From: Octopus bimaculoides
Lineage: Eukaryota
Assembly (NCBI RefSeq): GCF_001194135.2
Contig: NC_068984.1
Coordinates: 105,672,355 to 105,709,964, forward strand
DNA length: 37,610 nucleotides
Direction: 5' to 3'
Both the position numbers and the translations under genes were made by a program. Under the pieces are notes generated by a model, which saw only the letters and a program-made list of their open reading frames with translations, did not search any database and had not been told where the DNA came from. Positions 1 to 11,760 of this stretch are shown here, piece after piece (positions within the stretch are counted from its first letter, which is position 1; every line of letters starts with the position of its first letter).

Positions 1-39
<39 letters not shown>

Positions 40-180
40 ATACTTATACATACACATATATGTATATTAGAATAGGTAAAAGAAAATAACTTGAAGAGGA
101 ATCAATCTAAGTAGTTTAAACAATATGATATAATTCAGTTCAATGTGTGTGTGTATGTGTGTATGTGTGTGCGCGTTTGT
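1..180. repeat. (TG)n/(TA)n microsatellite tract
   Basis: Direct: (tg)18 at the window start and further tg/ta runs to ~180. Confidence 0.95.
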
Positions 181-289
181 GCGTGGGTATGTGTAAGATT
201 TTTTTTATAGTCTTCTTATAATATAGTGTTCTTCTAATCTTCTAATCGTTTTGTAAGTAACTCACAAGACTAGCAACTTTTGAGGGCAA

Positions 290-420
290 GAATTTTATTT
301 GATTACATGGGCTCCATTTCTTGACTAAATTGACTCCGGCCAGATTTGAACTTAGGATGTAAATGCTTGAATAAGTACTGTAAAGTTTTCTATCCGGCAC
401 TCAAATAATCCTGCCAATTC
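290..420 (-). mobile_element. Degenerate SINE fragment (family A)
   Basis: gactccggccagatttgaacttagga...ccggcactcaaataatcctgcca is a diverged reverse complement of the SINE at 18729-18967. Confidence 0.5.
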
Positions 421-1092
421 TTTTATACAGAAAAAAACAATATTCGTATGTATGCGCATGCGCGATAACCCTTTTGACCTTTCATATTATGTTCATACAC
501 CGGCTTTTGTCGGTAAACAATGTCTACATATAAACACAACAGAAAAACACGTACGAATACCACACAACTACATCTAATAATGCAAATATGTCAAAATACA
601 CACACGAATACATATTGACAGAAACAGCTACATGTAAACATAAATAACTACAAAATGAACTGATTTGAATCAAGTATTATTGTCTTTTTGCTAATAAGCA
701 GCTATCAGACTGTCTTAAATAACAACACAACAGTGACTAGCAGGAGATATTTTAAAAGATATGATTGAATCACAGACACTATCAAACATCAATATAACAG
801 TTAATTACGTTCCAAATTATTTTCCTATGATAAACAAGATATCTATTGAAATCTCACTCACTCATTCGCTCTGGTTCTTTGTCTCACTATATATATATAT
901 ATATATATACATCTATACATAAACATATATATATGTTTGTGTAAGTATACATAAGCGTATATATATATATATATATATATATATGTAATATAACTACATA
1001 TCTTAAATTGAGTGTCAACTTAATACGTTTAGTGTGTACGTCCTTTTGACTTGTTTTTATTATCGATTTACATAAATGTGTAGCTTTATGTA

Positions 1093-1131
<39 letters not shown>

Positions 1132-1142
1132 GTCTGTCTGTC

Positions 1143-1470
1143 CTGCACACACTCGTGCAGTGTCCAAACATTTCGGACCTGTGGGCTTATGCCGAACGGC
1201 TGCTGTCACGTGTGGGACGAATTCGGTTGTCGGCCGAGTCTATCGTGCAAATTGCACCACCACCTTCCCTTAACCGCAAAGGCAGGGTAGTTTTCATCGT
1301 ACTGGTGGCCATGGTGAAAGAATGTATGTGGTGGACTCGCGCAAAAGGTTTAGAGACAAACACTTTCCTTTCTGGCCAATCGCTCATCAACTTTTTCAAG
1401 TATCACTTGAAAAGGAAAGTGAGAATAGGGAGGCAAGTTTTGTCTCATGAAAGATTCAATAAAAGGTGGG
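1143..1470 (+). pseudogene. L1/Tx1-clade LINE ORF2 C-terminal fragment (zinc-knuckle region and downstream)
   Basis: QCPNISDLWAYAERLLSRV...LVAMVKECMWWTR...FFKYHLKRKVRIGRQVLSHERFNKRW resembles the C-terminus of Tx1-type ORF2. No RT core present. Confidence 0.7.
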
Positions 1471-2315
1471 TTATTGTTAGGTGTTTTAGCTTTTGACCTA
1501 GTGTTATTTGTGTGTGTGTGGGGGGTCTAAGCTTTCTTAATCTGCGTTCTTCCGGGGTTCTAGTATAGTGTATATATGGTCTGTTGTGATTATGATGGTT
1601 AGCATGTCGTTGTATTATGACTTGAGATATATGTTGCTTGAGCCTAGTATTAAAGATGTATTTTACTCTTTGGGGAGTAGCTGCTGGCAGTGAGTGCTTG
1701 GTAATACGGGGCATGGTTATTGAATACTTCTTCAGTTGATGATAGGTCAGATATACGAATCGAGATACCCTTAACTATATTATCAAACGTGGATTTGTGG
1801 TGATTAGAATTAATGCTTAAGTACTTAAGGTACTGGTTGGGTTTGTGATATGGGGAGTATTGGGAGGTTTCTATATTTAAAGTGACATCTAAAAAATTAG
1901 TGGTTTTGTGGGAATTTTCAAAAGTAATAGATAGGTTGAGGTTAGCGAAAAATTTGTGTAGATCTTTCCTAATTCATTTTAAAGAGGATCTACTAACGCC
2001 CTTGGTGACTAGCAAAGCGTCATCTCTATATAGACCTCTATTGATATTAGGGAAGTGCATGCGGAGTAGGTATAGTCCAACGAAGTTGGTAACCTGGGCG
2101 GAGTCGGATGATCCCATAATAATGTCAAAAAATTTGCTACAGTTATTGTTATTGTTATTGTTATAGTGGTTGACCCGGCACCAAAGTTTGTCCCCGAAAG
2201 AAATGAGAATTTTACGGGCATCAAGAATTATGTTACTTTCCAGTGGGATTAGGTTACTTAGATTCCTAGGTAGAAGGAGGGCTTGATTTAGAAGTTTGGC
2301 AGAAATATAGATTCC
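1470..2315 (-). pseudogene. Penelope-like element RT/thumb fragment
   Basis: Manual minus-strand translation: FDIIMGSSDSAQVTNFVGLYLL...GLYRDDALL (YRDD at 2019-2030)...TNFLDVTLNIETSQYSPYHKPN...SNH...RISDLSSTEEVFNNHAPYY. It has one internal stop and an in-frame (AAC/AAT)n expansion. Confidence 0.9.
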
Positions 2316-3119
2316 TTTTTCTTTTATTCTTTTATTCTTTTATGTCGAATTGTATCATTCTTCTATTTTTTATGTATCATATCGAATTGAATTATTCTTC
2401 CCTATCTTTCTGAGATTTACTACTCAGTTTAGTACACGCTTACGTGCCATTTTCCTTACCTTTCTCCCCACCTTAGTGCCTTTCAAACATCTAACCCCAC
2501 CTCCCACACATATTCCTTCCTCACATTCTTATCTCTTCCTTCAATCACTCAACTATTCATTTTATCCTGATAGCTCTCCTTTCCCATCCCCCTCACAATA
2601 TCTTTCTTTCGTTTGACTAATACTATTCTCCTCCTAAGATACATATCTATTCTCTTCTCTCTATCTACTTACCCCTACCAGTATATTCTCAAAATTTTAT
2701 TTACACTACAAGACCTCTTTGAATGAACAGCACATGGATTTTATGTCTCCACATTATCTATTTGTAATAACAAAATATGAACTTCTATCGGAATCTACCA
2801 TGGACAAGAATCATTTCTACCCATTCTACACAGCACTTTCCTTGGATAATAGAACTGCAACTGTAACATACTACATATATTCGTACTTTTATTTTCATTC
2901 TCTGATATCATTTTATACCTCCTATATCTATCCTTTTCCACAATAACCCATTATATTGAACTCTACTATTTCTCTCTAGTTACCTTTCTCATATCGTCAT
3001 ATCGTCTATGTGTATATCCAAGAAAGAGCTGTAAGACTACTTTCTCTTTATAAAGTCCTATAAATTTCACACAGCCCCGGCTTTGTTGTCTCATTTTATT
3101 TAACACACATACATACACA

Positions 3120-3152
<33 letters not shown>

Positions 3153-5219
3153 ACAGACAAATACATACACACACACAATTTAAGACCAAAAAGGATGAAT
3201 TTCACCATCACTAGAAATGACTAAGGGTGAAGGGCAGCACCAGCATTGCTAGAAACAAGAGTCAAAGACTCGTTAGCAATAAAGAAAGCATATTTTTAAG
3301 TCCTGACGAGTGAGACAACCTTCTCTGAGCGAGTGAATGTATCAGACTGGTACATCAATTTCGCATGAAATTTGTGCTCATCGGTGGTGGTGAACTGAAT
3401 TCTACTTGTCAGTATTTATAGAATTTACCATAGGAATCAGTAGCTAATTCAGCAAAATAGTAATGAAAAAATAATAAAATGATTATGGTAGTTAGATGCA
3501 ATTTAAAACCAAAAGGGAAAAATTTCACCGTCACTAAATGTATGTGGGTGGGCATGTGTGTGTTTAAAGCGAGGGTGGTTTAGTATATAAATATAGGCGA
3601 ACGTACGGATTGGTGCGCTTACGTGAACCTATAAACTTCTCTACTCCCTTACTCCGGTATCCGAAACTCGGAGTTTTATCATGGCTACCGAATAAGTGTC
3701 ACATGTTTTTACAGATATATATATATATATATANNNNNNNNNNNNNNNNNNNNNNNNNNNNNNNNNNNNNNNNNNNNNNNNNNNNNNNNNNNNNNNNNNN
3801 NNNNNNNNNNNNNNNNNNNNNNNNNNNNNNNNNNNNNNNNNNNNNNNNNNNNNNNNNNNNNNNNNNNNNNNNNNNNNNNNAATTACATATCTTCAAAGTT
3901 TATTTATTAATTCAAGTATTTTTTCCACGTTGCATTCTGATACGTGTTTTGTTGTACAACAGTCCTATTGCCCTAAGACTCTTAAGCAGCTATGCAATTT
4001 CAATATCTTTACTGAGAAAGGCTCGTGCATGAACACAATCTGAAAGGTCAAAAGGGTTAACGCGCATGCGCATACATACGAATATTGTTTTTCTGTATAA
4101 AGACCTGACAGAATTGAGTTTCAGATAGAAAGTTCAAAGTTTAGTAATCCTATATATCTTTATTGAAGGTGTTACCCATACCGATGGATGAAGCGCAATG
4201 AAGGCCGAAGTGCAAGTCATAGGTTCTTAAATTATATTTGTATTGAGGAAACATGAAATATGAGAGTAGAGATTGTGGGAAACTTGATATGTCCATAGTT
4301 CTGGTTTCATTTAATCTTAGAATGACCTTTCTGGACTTAAAGAAAATACATTACTTTATTACACTTCATTGTAGAAGGCATCTTATATGTGTCATAATAT
4401 ATTCACACCACTGACTGCTTATATTAAGGGTCTTTAGAAAGATTTAGAAATATCAATATTTCTATAATATGATTATAATATAAGGCAAATAGACAAATTT
4501 AAAGGAAAACAAAACAAATAGGAGTTTAATATTGTTTCACTTGGGTAATTTAACTTGACCTTAAGAATAGGATTTTGAATATTTTGAATATTTTTAATAT
4601 TAATTTTCCTTTAGTAGAAAAACAATATCATTGTGCGGTTATACTAGCAGTTGTAGTTATATATTAGTGTAAATTAATTACACTCAATATTAAATAATTT
4701 TCTGAAACTTTCACTAGGATAATTTCTATGCCCTTCTATCTGAGTTCAAATTGAAATTAGTCCGTGCACCTGAATATAAGTTTACAATTCGGTGATTAAT
4801 GAAAAAATATATTCGGCGTTAATTCTGTAATCCGAGCAAGTATTGGATACATCCCAACGTCGGTTTTCGTTTCCTACCTCGAGCCATGCAAAATATACAT
4901 TGAAAACATTAAAAGTAATATAGCCAATTTTTACTAGTTTTGGACTAAAATCTAACCATCTATCATTATACTTCAGAGATAATTCTGTTGGGTTTTTTTT
5001 CCACCTGTTTGTTTACTCAGACACATATTAACGAATGCTGATAATTTAGCTTTTCATACCATCTAAATGATTCTGTATCAAATATTACTAAATACGCATA
5101 CGTTTACCGACAATTAGTTTCTCTATATTTATCTTTGTTCCTCGAAGTTTCCTTTTCATGTCATTTAGCTTTGTCCATTTCACTCGTCTATTTTTTTTCA
5201 TAGTAATATAGTAAGGACA

Positions 5220-5544
5220 ATAATATACACATATAAATACACACACACACACTCACATACAAGCACACATGTGTATATGTATATATATACAGACATACAG
5301 ACGTACGCACACATACATACATGCATACATACTACATACATACATACATATATAAGCATGTGTCTGTATGTCTGTATATATATATTTAATATATATATAT
5401 GTGTGTGTGTGTGTGAGTGTGTTTGTATAAATATATGTATGTATGTATATATATATGTATATATATATATATAGACATAGGCATATACACATACAGAAAC
5501 ATATGTATACGTGTGCGTGTATATATATATAAATATATATATAT

Positions 5545-5635
<91 letters not shown>
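5220..5635. repeat. Compound (AC)/(TA)/(AG)n microsatellite
   Basis: Direct. Includes a pure (ag)n of about 85 bp at ~5549-5635. Confidence 0.95.
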
Positions 5636-5641
<6 letters not shown>

Positions 5642-6139
5642 GATATAGATATAGTTGTACGTAAGAATATGACGAAAGTATGATTAAAAGTGTTGCGACT
5701 ATTTATCGCGAGCGTAGTCTACTAATTGTAACTACCTTCTATTTATCTTTGCAAATTACAATTGGATCCACGACTGGAAAATAGAAGTGAGAGAGATAAA
5801 TGGACAGAATAATACTTAGTGAACATATAAGATTGTTTATGGCGAAATAGCGCTATGCTCATTACATTTCCATTGGCTCAGAAGACCACATAAAATACTA
5901 TCTCCTAATCAACGACCCAAACTAGTACTAATTAAACTACAACTCATTCCAATATTTTACTTGGAGAACTTTAGCCATTTCATTGGCAACATATTGTTAG
6001 GCAGACGACTAAATGTAGGAATGTTATTTCTTGGGATACCACCCACGATGAAGATTGCATCATTATATCTGGCCATCTCTTTCTCTCGCGCGCGCTTTCT
6101 AGCTATCTCTGTTTTTCTTTCTCTCCTCTTTCTATTTAT

Positions 6140-6252
6140 AAATATGCTTATGTGTATATGTATGTATGTATGTGTGTATGTACATATGTATATATGTATG
6201 TATGTATATATGTATGTATATATGTATGTATATATGTATGTATGTATGTATG

Positions 6253-6286
<34 letters not shown>

Positions 6287-6298
6287 TGTATGTATGTA
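6140..6298. repeat. (TATG)n microsatellite
   Basis: Direct. Confidence 0.95.
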
Positions 6299-6299
6299 C

Positions 6300-6605
6300 A
6301 CAGGAGTGTCTATGTGGTTTCTTCTCAACCACATGGTTTAGGGTTCAGTCCCCCTGTGTGACACCTCGAGCAAGTGTCACTCGGGTCGATCAAAGCCTTG
6401 TGAGTGGATCTGGTAGACGGAAACTAAAAAAAGTCCGATATATATATGTGTGTGTGTGTGTGTGTGTATTTGTCTTTGTGTCTGTGCTTGTTAGCCCTCT
6501 CCCATCGCTTGATAACCGGTGGTGGTGTGTTTACGCCTCGTAATTCAGCGGTTCAACAAAAGAGAGGATAGAATAAGTACCGGGCTTAAAATAATACTGT
6601 GGTTT
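6300..6605 (+). mobile_element. SINE family B (tRNA-like head, internal microsatellite)
   Basis: ggttcagtcc B-box-like head, gccttgtgagtggatctggtagacggaaact and gatagaataagtac. The same blocks recur at 9925-10494 and 35386-35750. Confidence 0.85.
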
Positions 6606-7099
6606 ATATATAATCATACAAAAAATGTGATAGGTATTTTAAAAGTTTTATGAAACATATACGTGTTCCAGTTACCTGACGGTCGTTATTACGCAAGGCA
6701 ATTTGTCAGATTATGTGGATGCATTCATAGCGAAAAATATGTGGCATGTGTCATGCCTTCCAGCGAACTGGTGGGACACTTAACAATCGGTTCAGGAGCA
6801 TCCGGCAGTGCAGATGTGTCTCATCGGGTGATAAACAGACACAACTCGTTAAAAGAACAGTTCCGCAATGTATCTTCACATTTCGTAGAAAGAAAAGCAG
6901 CAAAACGAAGGAAATATATTCATTCATATAGAAGATCAAAAACAAAATCACAAATACAAAAAAAGAAAAGAAAAAAGAAACGAACACGCAATACAGCGAG
7001 AAAAGAATTAAAAATAACCGTTAACAGATATGGATGTATCTGTCGTGCAAGCTGCATGGCGCATGTACACTCGCTCATACAAAGATCCACATAAAGAGA

Positions 7100-7157
7100 A
7101 ACACTCACACACGCACACACACACACACTCACACTTACACATACACACACACGCACG

Positions 7158-7188
<31 letters not shown>

Positions 7189-7220
7189 ACACACACACAC
7201 ACATACATAGAAATATATAT
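7100..7220. repeat. (AC)n microsatellite
   Basis: Direct. Confidence 0.95.
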
Positions 7221-8227
7221 ATTTTTGTACGTAAAGTATACAAATTCAAGAACAGTTCAAATGTCTGGGAAGTATTCAAATTTGTAAAGGCTTTTCACTG
7301 CAGTTTGTCACGGACAAAAAATTATCGTTCTGATAAAAAAAGTTATTTAAACACTATAGTTTCTTAAGCTCAGAGCGCCCTCTTTTCCACTGATGTATGC
7401 ATTTCGAACTCTTTTCAGCGCCAGATGCTAAACGAAAAGGTGCAACTCCGAGCTGATAAGGATCTTGTCTCCTCACTGAAGACAAAAAGTTCTTTCATTA
7501 AGACTAACATGTACTGAAGAGTACAAAAACATTTGAAATGCATCCATAAATCTAATGCAGGTCGCTCTGGGCTGACTGTGATGGTTTAACACCTTTTTGC
7601 CTTCAGCGAAAATTTTCCCTGCACGAGAAACTGTAGTGAAATTCCTTTACAGCTTGATACATCTCTTGAAATATATTTTATTTCAACTGGACTTAAGGTT
7701 ACGTACACACAAACACAAACATTATTTAATAACAGTTTGACACTCAGCTCTATACGATTTAACGTTACGACAGGTAACTAGAGAAGATTAATGAGATTTG
7801 CGGCAAATTCAAGATGGCCTCTAGATGTTAGGTTTCTATTGGTCAACTTCGGCCACACGTTAGTATTCGTGATCAGACAGAATGATGGCAGGCAGTTACC
7901 GCAACTATGTCTCAATGAGTGCCATATATATACTGTTTACGTGTTAGAGTGTTATATTATAAGTAAATAATTTCAAACTCTCCAGTTTTTTAAAAACAAA
8001 CTCTCCAGTTTTTTTTATTTCTTTCTATATTTAGGAAATATAGTCTGTGATCTTTAGACACTAAAGCAATAAATTTGTTAAAATAACACGAATTCTCTTC
8101 CCAGGTTTCTCTTTCAGATTATAACTGAACACATGCTGCTCTAAACACGCCTTCTCTGTTGTGCACAATACGGCTATATAGAAACATAAATAACACACAC
8201 GCGCATATACGTATACACAAATTCATA

Positions 8228-8232
8228 TCTGT

Positions 8233-8290
<58 letters not shown>

Positions 8291-8320
8291 GTCTATCTAT
8301 CTATCTATCTATCTATCTAT
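8228..8320. repeat. (TCTA)n microsatellite
   Basis: Direct. Confidence 0.95.
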
Positions 8321-8395
8321 CAAAAAGAAAAGAAAACCCAATACACAGTTTAGAGTCTACATTTATTGTAAATTGAATGATTTTATGATTCATTC

Positions 8396-9895
8396 AATTC
8401 TACCATAAATTTCACACACGTTAGTGATACATGCAATCAGTGAGATAAGATATGGTTAATAAAGTGTAACAGATCACATATATAGCTGGTTGAACTGCTT
8501 CGATACTATGATCATCAGGAGGAAACTCTTCGCAACGCTCGTTAGTTCTGATAGCTGTACATATGAGTGAATAGGCCTTGATTTTCTGGTGTGCTTAAGC
8601 TGCTCAGAAACAATCTCTTCCGATGGCGGCAGTTATACTTTGGGTTGCGACATAACGCTGACTGTTTTAATAGGTAGTACTTTCCATTTTGTCAAAGCCT
8701 GCTGTTTGATGATAAACTGAAATATTGAGTGACTTTGTCGACAATGTTCTGCAGAATTAGAAGGCATTTAGATTCTTGATCACTGAGCTTCCAGGCGAAA
8801 TGGGACCACAGTAAATGAGTAGCGTTTGATAGTAACGGCTTTTGATTTGAATATTACACATTGGCTGTTAAGATGGATACTGTACAGAAGCGATGTTTTG
8901 GGGGGAAGGAAAATTTAATCAAAACGTTAGGAGTTTTGTAACGTTATAAGTTTTGTGCAAGTTTATTGGGTATCAGTGTCGGTAGAAAATATTTTTTAGT
9001 TGAGCTAGAACGTTCTAGGTATCCTCGTAGCAACCATCCTATACAATGAATAACATAAAATTATCTTACTCTTCCTGGTTCTATTAAGGTACGGCAGTGT
9101 TTTCCCCCGTACACTAGCATTACATTGAAGCTTCTTCTAGCTTGCGCAACCTTATAGTAAAAGGGTCCTTGTTAGAGATGTTTCTATCCGAATATTGATA
9201 AAATATTTTCTTGCATATCCCAGTCACAAGATTCCTAATTACCATCAGAGTAAATGATAGTGGCTGATTATTGTGGTGCGAAAGAAATTTTCAGATGTAT
9301 ACATTGTCTTTGTTTGGATTTGTGTAGTTATGTCTAAGGGTGTTCAACTTCCAGTGTTATGTTAAGGAAGTTGTCTATGGTTAGGTTTATGCTGATATTT
9401 ATGTTTAAACGAAACTTCTTAAATTTACCTATTGTAATCTTTCAAAATATGTTCATGGCATAACAGTTTATATTGTATGAGAACTTTAAGCTGTCACATC
9501 CGTACATAAACAATTCCACGGGATCGATTATCTCAGTTCTACTACAGATCTCCATCGAACAGAAGGTTCATCACCTTTTTTGAGATAGAAATTATCGTCA
9601 CGGACAATATTCATTATTAACTGGGTTCTGGCTTTCATTATTAACTGGCATCTAGTTCCCTTATTGTAGTAAATTCTGTTCGGAGATAGAAAGCTTTCAG
9701 GAAAAACAAATTGGAAATGCACCTTTAAGAGTCCATAATATAAAACCAATCTGTTTACAATGGTGTCGGACTAATTACTCACAATATTTCATTATTTCCA
9801 GCCTCGTAGCACTCCTTTTTTGAGGTTATTAGCATCGAGAATGCACTCGCTAAATATTTCTATTTACTTGAAGGATTGATTTAGTGTTGGAGAGA
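8396..9895 (-). mobile_element. Highly decayed Penelope-like element (RT, thumb, GIY-YIG end, decayed 3' HHR)
   Basis: Frameshifted minus-strand remnants: KKFRLNINISINLTIDNFLNITLE (thumb), NPNKDNVYI, and the C-terminal YNCRHRKRLFLS. A CTGATGA...GAAA..GTA motif follows at 8396-8523. Confidence 0.65.
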
Positions 9896-9924
9896 AAATT
9901 TCACTTGTGGTTCGTATATATTAA

Positions 9925-10494
9925 GTACGATTGGTGAGGATTCAGCCCCACAGTGTGGCACCTTCGGCAAGTGCCTTCTACTATAGCCTCAGGCCGACCA
10001 AAGCCTTGTGAGTGGACTTGGTAGACGGAAAGTGAAAGAAGCCCATCGTATATATATNNNNNNNNNNNNNNNNNNNNNNNNNNNNNNNNNNNNNNNNNNN
10101 NNNNNNNNNNNNNNNNNNNNNNNNNNNNNNNNNNNNNNNNNNNNNNNNNNNNNNNNNNNNNNNNNNNNNNNNNNNNNNNNNNNNNNNNNNNNNTATATAT
10201 ATATATTTGCATATATATATATATATATGCATATATATATATATGTGTGTGTGTGTGTCTTTGTGTTCGTGTGTGTCTTTGTGTCCGTGTTTGTCTCCCA
10301 CTATCGCTTGACAACTAGTGTTGGTGTGTTTATGTCCTCGTAACCTAGCCGTTCGAGCTAAGATATCGATAGAATAAATGCTAAGCTTTAAAAAGTACTG
10401 GGGTTGATTCATCCGATTAAAAATTCTTCAAGGTAGTGCTCCAGAAAGGCCGCAGTCTAGTGACTGAAACAAATAAAAGATAAAAGATGAAAAG
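9925..10494 (+). mobile_element. SINE family B (spans gap 10058-10193)
   Basis: cactgtggcaccttcggcaagtg-like head, aaagccttgtgagtggacttggtagacgg and a 3' gactgaaacaaataaaagataaaag tail. Confidence 0.85.
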
Positions 10495-10779
10495 AAGCTA
10501 CTTATATTGCTTCTTTATTTTTTTTTTGTGTGTTTTGGTGATGTTTGTCAAGAGATAAGAGACGCACACATGCACATATACACACGCATATACATATTTT
10601 ATTTCGGTCGAACCAGTCGCTTGCTATTCTGAGTTTCACCCGTAGGTGCAAAAGATCTTCAGACGTATTGTGCTACAATTAGAGTAGCAAGAGAATAACG
10701 CAGCCAAAATAAAGTATCAATCTCTACCATGGTATTGAGTATTCTTTTCCCTGATAGTTAAATCTAAGCATGTATAATG

Positions 10780-11060
10780 GACTCTCTGGTCGTTAGGCGA
10801 GGAACGAGGGTTCTGCAATTTCTTGCACACTGGTGATTTGTTTATAGTTATCAAGTGTTTGTGTTTACATAAACTCCTTTCTTACACAAAACCAACATCA
10901 TCTATACAGGTGCACAAATATGTCACACGTCAGATGTCGAAATGATCGCAGAGCAATGTGATATGAAGTATTTGCTCAAGAGAAAAACGCGGACCCGGTC
11001 TGAGAATCGAACCCATAGTATCGTAATCGTGAGTGCAACACCCTAACCAATAGGCCATGC
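10780..11060 (-). mobile_element. SINE family C (tRNA-derived)
   Basis: gatgtcgaaatgatcgcagagcaatgtga...ttgctcaagagaaaaacgc...gagaatcgaacc...caccctaacc; the same block recurs at 31690-31912. Confidence 0.7.
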
Positions 11061-11089
11061 GAATATACTAAACATACATTACATTAAAT

Positions 11090-11305
11090 CATAAGGTGGT
11101 ATGCTGGAAGAATCATTAGCACGCCGGGCAACATGCTTAGCGGTGTTTCTTCCGTCTCCATGTTCTGAGTTCAAATTCCGCCGTGGTCGATCTTTCTTCT
11201 TTGCGGGGTCTATAAAATAAATACCTGTTGAACACTGAGTCGATCTAATCGACTTACCCCTCACTCGAAATTATTGACTTTGTGCCGAAATTTGAAAGCA
11301 GTATT
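11090..11305 (+). mobile_element. SINE family A
   Basis: ttagcacgccgggc...gttctgagttcaaattccgccgtggtcga...gtcgatctaatcgactt. Confidence 0.85.
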
Positions 11306-11716
11306 ATATATATATAATATTTTATATATATAAAAGAGTCAAACTAATATAAAGTTATTAGTACCTTGTTCATATTTCAAGACATGTATATTAAACATTC
11401 ATGCTAATGCTATTGCTATCACTTCTCCACACATATATATTTTCCCCCAGAGATATCACATCTCTTTTACATATTTCCATTTAAATAACCATCAGTAACC
11501 TATTGCTAGTCACGAATTTATTAAAAGTGCTTGTATAAGTAGGAAAGAAAAGGGGGTAAATCTACATACGATGAATGATTTTGAGAACAATTGGTGGACT
11601 ACATTAGCATAGTAATATGTAATATGCAATATGTATGTATCTATGTATGTATGTGTGTATATATATATACGTATAAATATACATATACATATATATATAT
11701 ACATATATATATATAC

Positions 11717-11747
<31 letters not shown>

Positions 11748-11760
11748 CATATATATATAT

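Larger units (their letters stand above)
428..4095. mobile_element. TA-flanked element bounded by long inverted repeats (non-autonomous Tc1/mariner-like transposon, or two facing MITE ends)
   Basis: 428-~517 (cagaaaaaaacaatattcgtatgtatgcgcatgcgcgataacccttttgacctttca...) is the near-exact reverse complement of ~4007-4095. TA flanks both ends (426-427, 4096-4097). No transposase seen inside. Confidence 0.6.

Noticed and set aside
2700-2900. Possible second PLE thumb fragment (TLSICNNKI.TSI)
   Set aside because: Only a few residues match, across several frames.
3650-3680. ctccg..gaaactcggagtt hairpin resembling hammerhead stem III
   Set aside because: No CUGANGA-like core upstream.
4175-4225. 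tggatgaagc...gccgaagtgcaagtc hammerhead-like string
   Set aside because: Core, GAAA and stem I all carry mismatches, so it cannot be told from chance.
5253-6543. ORFs over TA/TG/AG repeats, including the IFIVGG kelch-like word in 5957-6334
   Set aside because: Low-complexity artefacts. The non-repetitive tail is only ~40 aa, with no proper acceptor and no other kelch features.
7510-7550. ctgaagagtac...gaaatgcatc plus-strand motif
   Set aside because: Core words are present, but stems I and II do not pair.
7800-7860. YY1-like aagatggc, CTCF-like and CCAAT words
   Set aside because: Short motifs expected by chance; no independent promoter evidence.
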